The notes: a model not told the origin generated them from the sequence alone. A stretch of 64,000 nucleotides of DNA from an uncultured bacterium (GCA_963701025.1 OY969557.1:106405-170404), one strand, 5' to 3'; shown: positions 41,251-53,746, counted from the first letter of the stretch. Made by a program: numbers and translations.

Positions 41251-42126
41251 ATGGCACGTAACCTGCAATCCAGATCCTTTACCAGAAAAAGGCACGCGAG
41301 GCTTTACTGGATTCTCGCGCTCGCGGCCGTATCGGTCATTTCTTGGGTCTGCGCCCTGTCTTTCCTAACTCGTCTTAATGTTTTTGCCATCACCCAGGTG
41401 CAAGTCTTCGGAGCCGATGCCGACATAACCCCGGCATTGCAGTTAGCCGCACAACGGGTTCTTGCGGGGGACTATCTCGGTCTGTTCTCTCGGTCAAGCA
41501 CGCTCGTATATCCCAAGAGCGCGATCGCCGGTGCCGTCAAGGCCGCCTCGCCGCGCGTTCTTAGCGCGAACGTCAGCCGCGACGGCCTCCATGGATTGAT
41601 CGTCACCGTGTCCGAGAAGATACCTACGGCCGTAGTCTGCGCCGCCCTGCCTGATTTCAGTGACAACGCGGTCGTCTTCGACCAGTCGAGCGGCTGTTAT
41701 TTCGCTGACGCGTCCGGATTGCTGTTCGAGGCCGCGCCCGCCTTTTCCTCATCGCCTGACAAGTCCTCTGTCACAGTATCTTCAGTGCCGGCGTACCCTG
41801 TTTATTATGTGCCGGATCTCGCCATTGCCGGATCGTCGGACGCTCCAGTCGGCTCATACGCCACCTCCACCGTCGAATTCTCGGCCCTCCAATCGTTCTA
41901 TGAAGGCGCCGCCGCCGTCGGCATTCCAGTCGAAGCGATCCTAATAAAAGAGGGCGGGGAATACGAGCTCTATGCCTCGACGACCGTCATATATTTCAAT
42001 GACGTACAGCCTCTCTCCGATGAGTTGTCCGATCTAACGGCTTTCTGGTCTAATATGAAAGGCGCCTCTTTCGATTATATCGATCTGCGCTACGGCTCGA
42101 ATGTCTTCTACAAAGCGCTCAAATGA
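41251..42126 (+). CDS. FtsQ/DivIB-like cell-division protein
   Basis: TM helix, POTRA-like region, C-terminal DYIDLRYG. Confidence 0.75.
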   Translation: MARNLQSRSFTRKRHARLYWILALAAVSVISWVCALSFLTRLNVFAITQVQVFGADADITPALQLAAQRVLAGDYLGLFSRSSTLVYPKSAIAGAVKAASPRVLSANVSRDGLHGLIVTVSEKIPTAVVCAALPDFSDNAVVFDQSSGCYFADASGLLFEAAPAFSSSPDKSSVTVSSVPAYPVYYVPDLAIAGSSDAPVGSYATSTVEFSALQSFYEGAAAVGIPVEAILIKEGGEYELYASTTVIYFNDVQPLSDELSDLTAFWSNMKGASFDYIDLRYGSNVFYKALK

Positions 42127-42140
42127 GAGCATGATCAATC

Positions 42141-43085
42141 ATGAAAAATTTCTTTTACATCCTATTCGGCGGGCTCGGTCTCATGGCTATCGTTTTCGGC
42201 GCCTCGTATGCGGGAGCCGTCGCCTGGAGGAATAGCCGTATGTTCGCGGCCTCGACAGGCGCCGCTCTCTCATCGCCCTCCGACGGCACGGTCATATCCG
42301 GCTTCTATAGGGTAGTGCGCTATACGGCCGACGAAGAAGAGAATCTGATCGATTCAGCCGTCAGCTCATTGCCGTCGAACGAAACGAAAGGCGTCAGCGC
42401 CACCGGCTATGTCGTCAAAGATCTTACGACCGGCTCGACTGTCCTTATGAGCTATGCCGACCGCTTGGCGCCGATCGCTTCGCTCACAAAGCTCGTCACG
42501 GCCGTGGTAGCCCGCCGTCTCATACCCGCCTCTGCCCGTATCACCTTGAGCCAGTCGGTCGTGGGCACGTACGGCAACACAGCCGATTTCTCCGCGGGTG
42601 AGACTTTCACCGCGGCCGATCTCCTGTATCCTTTGCTCATGGTCTCGTCTAACGACGCCGCCGAAGCCTACGCGCAATATTACGGCCGGGCCGACTTCAT
42701 CCGGGCCATGAATGATTTTACCCAGTCCATAGGCGCCTATCGCACCTATTTCGCCGATCCGTCAGGCCTGGATCCGGAGAATGTTTCCACCCCGGACGAC
42801 CTCGCTCTCATACTCGACTGGATACGGAAGAACGATCCGGCCGTGATCGCGACAACGGCCCTCCACGCCGAGACTGTCCGTTCCCACACCTGGGTCAATC
42901 CGACGCGTTTCTTGAGCTGGTCGTACTATGTCGGCGGCAAGAATGGCTATATACCGGAAGCCAAGGAGACGGGAGCATCGCTCTTCGTTCTCGGCCCGAA
43001 CAAAGACGTATACGCGGTGGTCGTCCTAGGCAGTGATGACCGCTATGGCGACGTCGTCAAGCTCTTGAAAAAAATCTCGCAGTAA
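42141..43085 (+). CDS. D-alanyl-D-alanine carboxypeptidase (peptidase S11)
   Basis: ASLTK, SSNDAA, DPSGL and GKNGY motifs. Confidence 0.9.
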   Translation: MKNFFYILFGGLGLMAIVFGASYAGAVAWRNSRMFAASTGAALSSPSDGTVISGFYRVVRYTADEEENLIDSAVSSLPSNETKGVSATGYVVKDLTTGSTVLMSYADRLAPIASLTKLVTAVVARRLIPASARITLSQSVVGTYGNTADFSAGETFTAADLLYPLLMVSSNDAAEAYAQYYGRADFIRAMNDFTQSIGAYRTYFADPSGLDPENVSTPDDLALILDWIRKNDPAVIATTALHAETVRSHTWVNPTRFLSWSYYVGGKNGYIPEAKETGASLFVLGPNKDVYAVVVLGSDDRYGDVVKLLKKISQ

Positions 43086-43099
43086 GGGAGAGTATATGT

Positions 43100-44374
43100 A
43101 TGAAAGCACGAAAGCAAAGGAAGAGGATAGAGCGGCGCGAAAGGCAAGGAAGTTTTTGGACCAGCTTGCCCAGACCGTTCTTCGTCTTGGCACCCATGGC
43201 CAATGTCACCGACTCCGTATTCCGGGGGCTTTTCGCCAAATACGGCAAGCCTGACGTTATGTGGACGGAATTCGTCTCGGCTGACGGGCTATGTTCTCCC
43301 GGCAAGGAAAAACTGTTGGCTGACCTCGCCTACTCGGAGGCTGAACGGCCGATCGTGGCCCAGCTCTTCACCGGACACCCGGAAGCCATGCGCCAGGCCG
43401 CCGCCCTAGCGGTGAAGCTCGGTTTCGACGGTATAGACATCAATATGGGCTGTCCTGACCGTGCCGTCGAGAGACAGGGCGGTGGGGCGGCACTTATAAA
43501 GGATCCGCAAGGGGCTATGGCCGTATTGGAAGCAGCCCGCGAAGCGGCGCGTGAAGGCGTCCGAGATGGGGCTAAAACCAGAGTTCTAAAGGCATCTCGG
43601 ATAGGCGAGATACCAGTCAATATGATACCCGTTAGCATAAAGACACGGATCGGTTATAACAAGATCGACCTTTCCTGGATAGAGCTGTTGCTGAAGCAGG
43701 ATTTACCGGCTTTGACCGTGCATTTACGGACGCGCAAGGAGATGTCCGACACGCCGGCTCATTGGGAGCTCATGCCGGAGATCATAAAGATGCGCGACAG
43801 GATCCAAGCGGATATTGATCCTGCCAAGCGCACGCTCATCATAGGCAATGGCGATATTGAGTCGCTCGAAGACGGTGCCGCCAAATGCGCGGAGTTCGGC
43901 TGTGACGGCGTCATGATCGGCCGCGGCATATTCGGCAGGCCGTGGCTTTTTGAGTCGATCTCAAAATATTCTGGAAGGGACGGTTCTTCAGGGGACGGTT
44001 CTTCAGGGGACGGTTCTTCAGGGGACGGTTCTTCAGGGGATAGTTCTTCCAAGGCGCTTGCAAAAAGTGTCAAAAAAGTTGACACTTTTCAAAAGTCTCC
44101 GGAGAAGACTCCTGCCGATCGCCTGAAGACCTTGCTCGAACATGCCAAACTTTTCGAAAAAACTTTTTGTCCACCGAACCGTAAGACAGGTGGCAAGAAA
44201 AACACCGAGCGCCTTAAAAGTTTCGCCGTGATGAAAAAGCATTTCAAGGCCTACGTATCCGGCTGGGACGGTGCCAAGGAGTTGCGGGCAAAACTTATGA
44301 CTGCGGAGAACTACGCGGAAACGAAACAGATCGTCGACGAAGCGCTCTCGGCGATGAAGCCGAAGATCCATTAG
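43100..44374 (+). CDS. tRNA-dihydrouridine synthase
   Basis: LAPMA.VTD, DINMGCP, S.KTRIG, GNGDI, GVMIGRG. Confidence 0.93.
   Translation: MKARKQRKRIERRERQGSFWTSLPRPFFVLAPMANVTDSVFRGLFAKYGKPDVMWTEFVSADGLCSPGKEKLLADLAYSEAERPIVAQLFTGHPEAMRQAAALAVKLGFDGIDINMGCPDRAVERQGGGAALIKDPQGAMAVLEAAREAAREGVRDGAKTRVLKASRIGEIPVNMIPVSIKTRIGYNKIDLSWIELLLKQDLPALTVHLRTRKEMSDTPAHWELMPEIIKMRDRIQADIDPAKRTLIIGNGDIESLEDGAAKCAEFGCDGVMIGRGIFGRPWLFESISKYSGRDGSSGDGSSGDGSSGDGSSGDSSSKALAKSVKKVDTFQKSPEKTPADRLKTLLEHAKLFEKTFCPPNRKTGGKKNTERLKSFAVMKKHFKAYVSGWDGAKELRAKLMTAENYAETKQIVDEALSAMKPKIH
43977..44049 (+). repeat. 15-bp tandem repeat (GGGACGGTTCTTCAG x4 plus partial) encoding GDGSS
   Basis: Read directly from the sequence. 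Confidence 0.95.
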
Positions 44375-44379
44375 AAGAT

Positions 44380-45864
44380 TTACGAGCCAAGTTCCTCGAT
44401 TAGTAATTTCCTGACTATCTCCGGATTAGCTGAACCTTTTGTCGCTTTCATCGCCTGGCCTATCAAAAATTGCAATGAAGCCGTTTTGCCGGCCCGATAT
44501 TCGGCGACGGCCCTTGTATTATCGGCGATGACCTTGTCTATGGCGGGGGCGATGTCGGCCGCGTCGCTCTTTTGGAGCAGGGAATGTTTTTCGGCCAGAG
44601 CTTTCGGCGAAGAGCCATTCTCGGCCTCATCCATCATCAATGCGAGCAACTTCTTCGCACCGGCTGATGAGATTTCGCCGGCGGAGATCATTTTTATAAG
44701 CTCCGCGAAGTATCTTGAGTCGATCTTCATATCGCTCGAACTAGTCTTATTCAAACCTGTCTTATTCAAAAGAGCGACATAATCAGTGAGCAGATAATTG
44801 ATGAGCAGACGAATCTTTTTAACCTCATTCCCCAGTGCTTTTAGTATCTCCTCAAAATAAGCTCGCAAAGCATCATTTTCGAGGAACATGGCGACCTCTT
44901 TGTCAGTCATGCCATAGTCTTTCTTGAATCGCTCCCGCTTGTCCCAAGGCAGTTCCGGCATGTTTTTCTTCAATACAGAAGCCGCGAACTCCGTTATCTC
45001 TGATATCTTCAGTTTCGGTATGTCCGGGTCAGGGAAGTAGCGGTAGTCATGCGAGCTTTCCTTTGACCTCTGTGAGTACGTTTCATTCCTGGAGTCATCC
45101 CAGCCCCGTGTCTCCTGGACTACCTTTTCTCCGTTTTCAAGCAGAGATATCTGCCGTTCGACTTCGTGCTCGATAGCCCGCTCGACGGCTCTGAAAGAGT
45201 TCAGATTCTTTACCTCGGTCTTGACGCCGAATTTCCCGGCGTCGGTGTCGGCAGGGGAGGCCACCGAGATGTTGGCTTCGACACGCATTTCGCCTTTCTC
45301 CAGATTGGCTTCACCCGCGCCGAGACATCGAAGGAGCGATTGCAGTTCTTTGGCGAACCTGACGGCGGTCCCCGCGTCATGGATGACTGGCTTGGTGACG
45401 AGCTCCATGAGTGGCACACCGGAGCGGTTGAAGTCGATCAGACTCTTCTCGTGCTGATCGTGAGTCGAACGCGCGGTGTCTTCCTCCAGATGTATGCGCT
45501 CGATGGCCACGCCGGATAGCTCGCCGTCGGAGACGAGGGGAAATTTGTACTGGCTTATCTGATAGCCCTTGGGTATGTCCGGATAAAAATACTGCTTGCG
45601 GTCCCATTCGGTGAAATCAGCCGGCGTCCCGTCGACTGCGACGCCGACCGTGAGCACATGCTCGATCGCTCGCCGATTCAATACCGGAAGGGTGCCGGGG
45701 TGACCCAGGCAGATGGGACAGATGTTCACGTTCGGTTTCTTTTCATCCGGATCGTTCTTGCAGGAGCAGAACATCTTCGAAGCCGTCTTGAGCTCCGCGT
45801 GTATCTCCAGTCCGATAGTCGGGATGTATTTTTTCGCCTGATCCATATTTTCCGCGTGATCCAT
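44380..45864 (-). CDS. gatB: Asp/Glu-tRNA amidotransferase subunit B
   Basis: IGLEIHAEL, YFYPD.PKGYQISQ, HLEED, EVKNLNSF, DYRYFPDPD. Confidence 0.97.
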   Translation of the reverse strand: MDHAENMDQAKKYIPTIGLEIHAELKTASKMFCSCKNDPDEKKPNVNICPICLGHPGTLPVLNRRAIEHVLTVGVAVDGTPADFTEWDRKQYFYPDIPKGYQISQYKFPLVSDGELSGVAIERIHLEEDTARSTHDQHEKSLIDFNRSGVPLMELVTKPVIHDAGTAVRFAKELQSLLRCLGAGEANLEKGEMRVEANISVASPADTDAGKFGVKTEVKNLNSFRAVERAIEHEVERQISLLENGEKVVQETRGWDDSRNETYSQRSKESSHDYRYFPDPDIPKLKISEITEFAASVLKKNMPELPWDKRERFKKDYGMTDKEVAMFLENDALRAYFEEILKALGNEVKKIRLLINYLLTDYVALLNKTGLNKTSSSDMKIDSRYFAELIKMISAGEISSAGAKKLLALMMDEAENGSSPKALAEKHSLLQKSDAADIAPAIDKVIADNTRAVAEYRAGKTASLQFLIGQAMKATKGSANPEIVRKLLIEELGS

Positions 45865-45886
45865 ATGGTTCTATACTAGCACAGGG

Positions 45887-46141
45887 TCATTCCTCCTCCA
45901 GGTGTTTGACTTCCAATTTTTTCGGTCCCTTTCTGCTCCGTCGCGCTTCCGGCTTGGGGACGCTGTCCATGCCGGCGAGAAGCGTCTCTATCTCATCGCG
46001 GCGGTATACGCGATAGTTATTCATCGGGTGTCGCAAGGCCTTGAGTTTGCCATTCTTGTCCCAATTACGCAAGGTCAGGGTAGTGACCCCCAACATTTCG
46101 GAAGCCTGCTTTATACTGATAAGTTTCGGTGATTGGTTCAT
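45887..46141 (-). CDS. MerR-type HTH small protein
   Basis: ISIKQASEMLGVT..TLRNWD..GKL..RHP.NNYRVY. Confidence 0.88.
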   Translation of the reverse strand: MNQSPKLISIKQASEMLGVTTLTLRNWDKNGKLKALRHPMNNYRVYRRDEIETLLAGMDSVPKPEARRSRKGPKKLEVKHLEEE

Positions 46142-46349
46142 AAAGATTGGTAAATAGTATATATCTTTGGTCAAATTGTAGCATATTTTTGAACAAGACA
46201 GACCAGGCCAGACCAATCCTGACTAACACAGTATTATTCTTGACAACATCAGCATTCATGTTACTCCGTATAGTCATCATAATAACATGCAACCTTATCC
46301 CCACTTTTTTGTGCGTATTCTTTTGACATTCAAGCTATAATTATGACAA

Positions 46350-49300
46350 ATGAGAGACTCTATAGAAATAGAGGATCACCAATACATCTCGTCTCGCCGA
46401 GCCGCCGAGATAGCCAGATATTCACAGGATTATATCGGTCAGCTTTGTCGCTCTGGACAAGTCGCAGGAAAGAGGATAGGTAAGATATGGTTCGTCGATC
46501 AGGACTCTCTTTTTCAGCATGTCCAGAAATATTCCATACCGGTTTCCTCGCAGATCTCTTCCGGATCCGTTCCATCTTTTCTGCCTGAACTGAAAAAATC
46601 TAAACTGACAGAGACTGACCCTCTGAATGAAGTCCCGATAAGGCCACCGATCAATGCTCCTCCGGCGCCAGTCTTTATCAGAGATATCATCACCGGTCCC
46701 GGCGCGAAATTATTCGCCACCTTCGCCCTGTGCTTATTGAGCGGGTATTCCGTTGCGTATGCTTTGGCCGGTTACGAGCCAGCTGTGAGCGCGTATGGCC
46801 GCGCGACGGATGCCACGACGGCATACGTATCAGGACTCGTCTCTCCCTACGCGAACGTCATCGCAGAGACAATGCCGCGCTCGCTCGATACCGCGTCTGT
46901 CTTCGACGCTGTGGGCTCATGGTGGCAGGGAGTTTCCGGTGCTGTCCGCACGGGAGTGCTAACCTTCCTCGGCATAGGCGATTCGTCCGGAAGCGTAGCC
47001 ACTTCGACGGCACCGACCGTCGCTTCCAGCTACATCAATGTCTATCCATCCGGTACCACGACCATCATTCGCCAGGTTGTCCAAGCACCGGGGCAGACCA
47101 TCGTTACACAAAATTCTTCCAACCAAGGCCTCATTCAAAACCTTGCCGATCGGCTATCGGCTCTCACCTCCGCATTCAACGCCTTCCAAGCTCTCCAGAC
47201 TCTCCAGAACCAGCATGTCAGTGTGTCATATCCGGCTTCGACCCAGACCATAGTGAGCTCCGGCGGAGGCAGCTCCGGCACGGTGACCTCCGTCGACGTC
47301 TCCGGAGGCTCCACAGGACTGTCCTTTTCCGGTGGGCCGGTCACGACATCCGGTACCATCGTTCTCGACGGCACTCTCGATACGGTGAATGGCGGCACCG
47401 GCACATCAACCGCGCCATCATACGGACAGCTCTTGGTCGGCAATACGGCCGGTGGGTACAATCTTCTCGCCACTTCATCTTTGGGCATAACCGGTGGAGG
47501 AGGATCTGGCACGGTCAATGCCGGCACCGCCGGACAGCTGGCATACTACGCCTCGAACGGCATGACCGTTTCAGGCATCGCCACCTCGTCCTTGAATATC
47601 AACACAGACAACCTCGTTCAAGGCGTGACCAACCTCTTCTATTCGAATTCTCTGGTTAATTCGTTCGTCAATTCCTCTTCGACCATACCCAAGACTTACA
47701 CTGCCAATGCTTTCAGCGGCAATCAGACATTTAACGGAAGCGTCAACGCGACGAACGGACTCACCGCCAACGCTCTCTCCGTCGGTTCGCTCTCCGGTAT
47801 CCTCTATGGAACCGCTGGCTCGGTCGGCACCATTGCTACCTCATCTCTTAATCTGTCTATTCCGCTGGCCTCCACCACGGGCATCCTTGCCATCGGTAAC
47901 GGCGGTACCAGTACGTCGACCTCGCCGACATATGGTCAACTTCTCGTTGGCAACGCGGCTGGCGGATACGACCTACTCGCCACTTCGTCGCTCGGACTCA
48001 ATCTGACGAGCTTGTCTGGAACGCTTTCCGTGGCCAGCGGCGGCACAGGCCAGACGACATACACGGACGGCCAGCTTTTAATTGGCAACTCTTCGAATAG
48101 CAGTCTTACCAAGGCCACTTTGACCGGCACTGCCAATGAGATAGGCATCGCCAACGGCAACGGTTCCATAACTCTATCAACTCCGCAACCTATCGGCACG
48201 GCTTCGACGCCGACATTCGCATCCACCACCCTTTCGAACTTTACCGCCGGCTCCATTCCATTCTTTGCCTCCGGCGGCTCGCTCGCCCAGAACAACGCTA
48301 ATTTCTTCTGGGATAATGTGAATAATAGATTAGGCATCGGTTCGTCAACACCCGGATTCTCTCTGTCCGTAAATGGAGCAGGATATTTCGGCGGCAACTT
48401 AACGGCCGCAGGAGGACTGACCGTGAGCGGCAACACGAGCCTTGCTAACATCGCCTCTAGCAGTGTCCTTTTTGCCGGAGCGGGAGGGTTATTGAGCGGT
48501 TCCCCCAACTTCACCTTCGACGGTACGACAGCTTCCGCCGCCGGCCTCCTGGTGACCCCCGCTATATATACTGGCTCTCAAGTGAGCGGTCTTTCCGCCA
48601 CCACGACATTGGATGATGACAACGGAAACTGGACCAATAACGGCACAACGCTTCTGTGGAGCGTTACACCATATACGATCACATCAGACGGTCTCTACGT
48701 CTACGGCAACACCGTCAATTCTTCGCTTGTCCTATCCGTCAACGGTCATGCAAGCAACGGTAACCATAATATAGACCTGGACTTCAGCTGGAATGCCGCC
48801 TCTGGCGCCACGGGATACATAGTATCGATAACTAAAGACCCGCAGCTCCTTACCGCATACCCATATAATTCTTACGCCACGACCGTGACAAGTTCGGTGG
48901 CAGACATCAACACGAACTTTTCAGCTCTCGCCACCTCCTCTTCCGCGTCTTCCATCTTCAGTTCCAGCATGTCGGGAGCGACAGCCATCAACGGAAGCAA
49001 CCTCACCATCAACGTCGCAACCACGACCATTGCGGGAACGAACCTCTATGTGAATACGCCGATCGCCACTTTCGGCGGAGAGATAGCAGGAAGCGGACCT
49101 CTCGGTACCACGACCTTTGCTGGTCCTGTTGTCATCAATCAAAATGCCGTACGGAGCGCCGCCCAAACCAACAAAGCCATCTTGTCTGTCAATGGGAACG
49201 GGAATAATGAAGCTTACGACCTGCTCGATCTGTACAACACCGCGAATCAGACGGGAACGTCTTTCGTAGCTGGAGGCGGCATGCTCTCGAACGCCTATAT

Positions 49301-52300
49301 CAGTATTGATGGATATAGGCATTACAACAATGGTGTCATGAATCCCGATTGCGAGGTCAATGCCGGCCCCGGCAATCCATTCCCCCAATCAGTCTGTTCC
49401 ACAATGCTTACCTTGTTGCCAGATGTCGGCACAACCGAGCAGATATATGCGGGAACTAGCACATATGCTATTCAGGTGAGCAACTTGAATGGCGGACCGA
49501 AACAATACAATGACGGCAGCCAAGATCCCTACTACTTCGGCCAAACCGTCTTTCAGGTGCTGGGCAATGGAACTATGAACATTCTCGGAAACTTCACCAT
49601 AGGCACGACCACCGCCACCACAACTAATGACGGCAATCAGGCTCAACCCCCTTCACCCAATCCGTTCTCTATCTACGCCACGTCCACTGGTGCTTTCTTG
49701 TTTGGAGTTACGCAGGCTGGAAATGTTGGCATCGGTACGAGCTCGCCTTCAAACGCTCTAGAAGTGGCGGGCAATGGTTTCTTCTCTGGTAATCTCACTG
49801 GCACCAATCTGACGGCGACGGGCACTTTGGCTGTGACTTCAACCACAACGACTGGCGGGCTTTCTGTCGGTTCGCTTTCCGGATTGCTCCTTGGCACAAG
49901 CGGAGCGGTGTCGGCCACAACTTCTATTAGTAATTCATATCTGACAAATTCGACTATCAGTGGCATATCTCTAGGATCTAACCTCTCGTCTCTCACTGCC
50001 ACCGACAACACTCTGACTTTTTCCGGTTCATATAATGGAAGCACGGCACAGACGGTCGGCCTCAATCTCGGTAATGCGAATACATGGACCGCACTGCAGA
50101 CGTTCAATAACGGCCTCATATCGCTGGCCAGCTCGACCATGACCAATCTCGTCGTCGGACTTTCCACGACCACGAGCGCTACCACGACTAATTTTGCCAT
50201 CAAAGGCATCACCAATTCATTCCTCGCCACGAATGCGAACGGAACCGTCATCGCCACATCTGCGCCGAGCGGAGGTTCTCTCTCGGGCGGTGTTGCTAAT
50301 TGGCTCACCTATTGGACAGGAGCAGGAACAGTCGGCGCCACATCGAGTCCGACCGTCGGCTATCTCACCGCTACATCCACGACCGCCACGAACTACTTTG
50401 GCGGCAATCTGCAAGTCGGCCAATGCGTCACGGGCGACACGAAACTGCGCCGTCGCCGCAAAAATAAAAAGGCTGGTGCTGGAACTGGCGCTGGAACGGG
50501 CGACGATGACGAGTTTGAGGATGTCCGCATCGACGAGATCGGCGAAGGTGACGAGATACTGACCTTCGACGCCATGATGGGCTCGTTCAAGGCATCCAAA
50601 GTCCACCGAGTCGTCTACGCTGGCCTGCGACCTATCATCCAGATCGAGACAAAGGGCGGCTCGACCATACGGACGACCGAAGAGCATCCGTATTTCGTGC
50701 GGATCGAAAAGACCGCGTCCGGCATCCCCAACTATTTCAACGGCGGCGCATGGAAAGCAGTCGGCGCTCTCGCGCCTGGAATAGATATCGCCGTTCTCGG
50801 AGCCGATGGACAGCCTGTCTGGGATACCATCGTCTCCCTGGAGAAATTACCGGAAGAGAAAGTCTACGACATCGAAGTCGCCGGCACGCATTCGTTCGTC
50901 GGCAACGGCATCGTCGCCCACAATACGGCGTTCTATGTGGATATGGCGGATCAACGGATCGGAATAGGGAATAGTAGTACCGACGCATGCGATTGACCTT
51001 TCTGGTTCTGACGCAGAAATCCATAATAACGCCGGCAACATTAGTCTTAACACTGGCCCTAGCGGTATTAATAGCAGTGATGATGCTATATCCAGTACCT
51101 GTGGCCGGATATAACTCTTAATCGAATGGTGATGGTAGTCGTGTGAACATCCCAGACATACGACAAATTGCGAAAACACGGCGAAGCCCTTGGTACTGAT
51201 TCGAGTGGAAAGATTTTCTGCTTCAACATCCCGCTTTCGGATGAACGGCTCAAGACCGGTATCACAACATTGGGAGGCACTGACGGCCTAGCGGCCGTGA
51301 ATGCCTTGAACCCAGTTTCCTTCTACTGGAAGGATCCGTCCATACCCGGAACAGGAGGGACCGGCCAGCAATTCGGCTTCATCGCCCAACAGGTGGCTGG
51401 CGTATTGCCGAATCTCGTCGGCACTACTTCTCCGACCGCGCTCACGCCGGGACAGACCTACATCCTGAACTATCAAGGCATCATCCCCGTTTTGGCGAAG
51501 GCCATCCAGGAACAGCAGGGCGAGATAGTCACCGCTTCATCGAGCTTGTCCGTTCTGACCATCGGCCAGACGACGCTGGCCTCGTCCGCTTCGACCACTG
51601 CCCTGTCGCTCTCTTCGCTCGCCGCGCAGGTGCAGTCGTTGTCGCTCGCTTTGAACACCGCCTCGAGCACCACGAACGGTCTGTTGGTACAGATCGCCGC
51701 GCTCACATCAACTACGACGCTCGCTTCTACTACCGCCGCGATCGCTTCTTCCACTGCTTCGACGCTCTCGGTTTCCTCCTCGTTCATCCAGACCATCGCT
51801 AACGCCGTCGTCGCTCTGCTCCAGTCGAGCGGGCAAGCCATACAGACGGCAGGGAAGTGGGCCGTCGGCGAGATTGATGCAACGCTCGCCGTCTTCACCG
51901 ACGTAAAGACGGGCTCGATCGAAACGCAGACTGCATCGGTGGCGAACGGCATCGAGATGACAGACTCGGCGACAGGACAGGTCTATTGCGTCAGGATAAC
52001 GAACGGCGATCTGACCAGGACGCTCGGAATATGCACGGTTACAGCTACGACGACAGCGCAGACGGTGCAACCGGTTCAAGCGCCGAGTTTCAATAGTCAA
52101 GCCTCAAGCAATAACCAAGAACCAAACACCAATAACCAAGCGAGCACGACTACTTCAAGCACCATATCGGCGACTTCAACCTCAACCCCGGCTTCGACTC
52201 CAGCGCCGATCCCGTCGAGCGTGACTGCGACGAGCACGACACAAACTTCCACTACCTCTACTGCTACAGATGCCGCATCGACGCCGACTTCGTCGACGCC

Positions 52301-52445
52301 TCCGGCTCAAACTGGAAGCCCGGCTGATGCTTCAGTTGGCACGGCTGATTCGACACCGCCATCAACTCCAGCTTCGACAGCGTCCGATTCATCAGCCGGA
52401 GCCTCCGCGCCTCCGGCTTCCGGCGATTCCACGACGAGTCCGTAG
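46350..52445 (+). CDS. Giant HTH-TM-fibre protein with Hint domain and S74 chaperone (reading frame broken at ~50990-51170)
   Basis: N-terminal YISSRRAA..YSQDYIGQLCR HTH; GTGTST/GIGTSSP fibre repeats; SDERLK..FGFIAQ..LNY.G.IP.L.KAIQE; S/T-rich tail. Confidence 0.75.
50424..50924 (+). other. Mini-intein/Hint domain (167 aa, no endonuclease)
   Basis: Starts CVTGDT, block B TTEEHPYF, ends VYDIEV..THSFVGNGIVAHN followed by Thr. Confidence 0.9.
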
Positions 52446-52489
52446 CATGAATTTGACTAAATATGAGGTATGATGATACCATAAATTAA

Positions 52490-53614
52490 ATGAAATTTAA
52501 GAGAAAACAAAGCATTGCTTCATCCTTGGAACCCAAACGAGTTTTGGTTATTTATGGTCCACGACGAGTCGGTAAGACCACCTTGCTTAATGAATATATA
52601 AAGACGCAATCCGATAAAAAGGCGTATGTTTCAACCGGCGATGATATTCAATTGCGAAAAATATTCCAATCCGAGGAAAGAGACAGGATCCTTGAGTTTG
52701 CCAGGCCGTATGAAATTATTGCCATAGATGAAGCGCAATTCATCCCCTCGATCGGACTCGGAGCAAAAATGATGATCGACGCTTTTCCGGAAAAGAATAT
52801 CATTCTGACGGGGTCATCTTCGCTTGACCTGTCAAATAAAATCGGGGAGCCGTTGACAGGGCGCCATTTCACTCTGACCCTGTTGCCGTTTTCTCAAGGA
52901 GAAATAGAGACTGGTCGGGTCGAACTCGGGTGGGACATCGAGAACTTTCTCTTATACGGATCCTATCCCGAAGTGTTAAACGAACCCGACGCCGAAAAAA
53001 AGAAGAAAATATTGATTGAGCTCGTTTCATCGTATCTATTCAAGGACGCCCTTGCGCTGGAGGCCGTGCGTTCTCCCGATACTCTCCTCAATATCGCCAA
53101 ATGCCTGGCTTTTCAGGTTGGTAATGAGGTATCCGTGAATGAAATTGCCAAGACGGCCGGAACTGATGTCAAGACGACCGCCAAGTATCTGGATCTTCTC
53201 CAAAAGATGTTCATCATAAAGAAGATAAGAGGTTTCAGCCGAAATCTGAGGAATGAGATATCCAAGAAAGCCAAATATTATTTTCTGGATAACGGCGTTA
53301 GGAATGCCATCATATCGCAATTCAACCCGCTGTCCCTGCGCGATGATATCGGAGCCCTGTGGGAGAATTTTATCTTCATGGAATTAGTGAAGAGAAGCAT
53401 GATCAAAGAAAGATTCGATAATTATTATTTTTGGCGCACCCATACGGGTCAAGAGATCGATATAATACAAGAATCAGACGGCGTGTTGACGGCTATTGAG
53501 TGCAAATGGTCGAAAGGCCGGTCTTTTCCGCCGCCTCTGTGGAGCGAATCGTATCCTGAATCCTCATTTCGCGTCATTGATCGGGGCAATTATCTTGATG
53601 CCCTTTTGACCTGA
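52490..53614 (+). CDS. AAA+ ATPase with DUF4143-like domain and C-terminal PD-(D/E)xK motif
   Basis: GPRRVGKT, IDEAQ, LTGSS, LTGR, K.YF.DNG.RN, EID..IECK. Confidence 0.9.
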   Translation: MKFKRKQSIASSLEPKRVLVIYGPRRVGKTTLLNEYIKTQSDKKAYVSTGDDIQLRKIFQSEERDRILEFARPYEIIAIDEAQFIPSIGLGAKMMIDAFPEKNIILTGSSSLDLSNKIGEPLTGRHFTLTLLPFSQGEIETGRVELGWDIENFLLYGSYPEVLNEPDAEKKKKILIELVSSYLFKDALALEAVRSPDTLLNIAKCLAFQVGNEVSVNEIAKTAGTDVKTTAKYLDLLQKMFIIKKIRGFSRNLRNEISKKAKYYFLDNGVRNAIISQFNPLSLRDDIGALWENFIFMELVKRSMIKERFDNYYFWRTHTGQEIDIIQESDGVLTAIECKWSKGRSFPPPLWSESYPESSFRVIDRGNYLDALLT

Positions 53615-53746
53615 TTTTAAATTGACGCAATTAACCAAAAAAGCATAGACATCCATTTTTATGAGATTCAGAATGCCATGCCGATGAAACGTGTATTCCT
53701 TGAACAGGTCGATTTTGCCGTAAGCAATTATTTTTTGTGACCCATT

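Noticed and set aside
46350-52445. Prophage tail-fibre locus
   Set aside because: No capsid, terminase, portal or other phage genes nearby; the protein has an HTH and TM anchor typical of cellular CPR fibre proteins.
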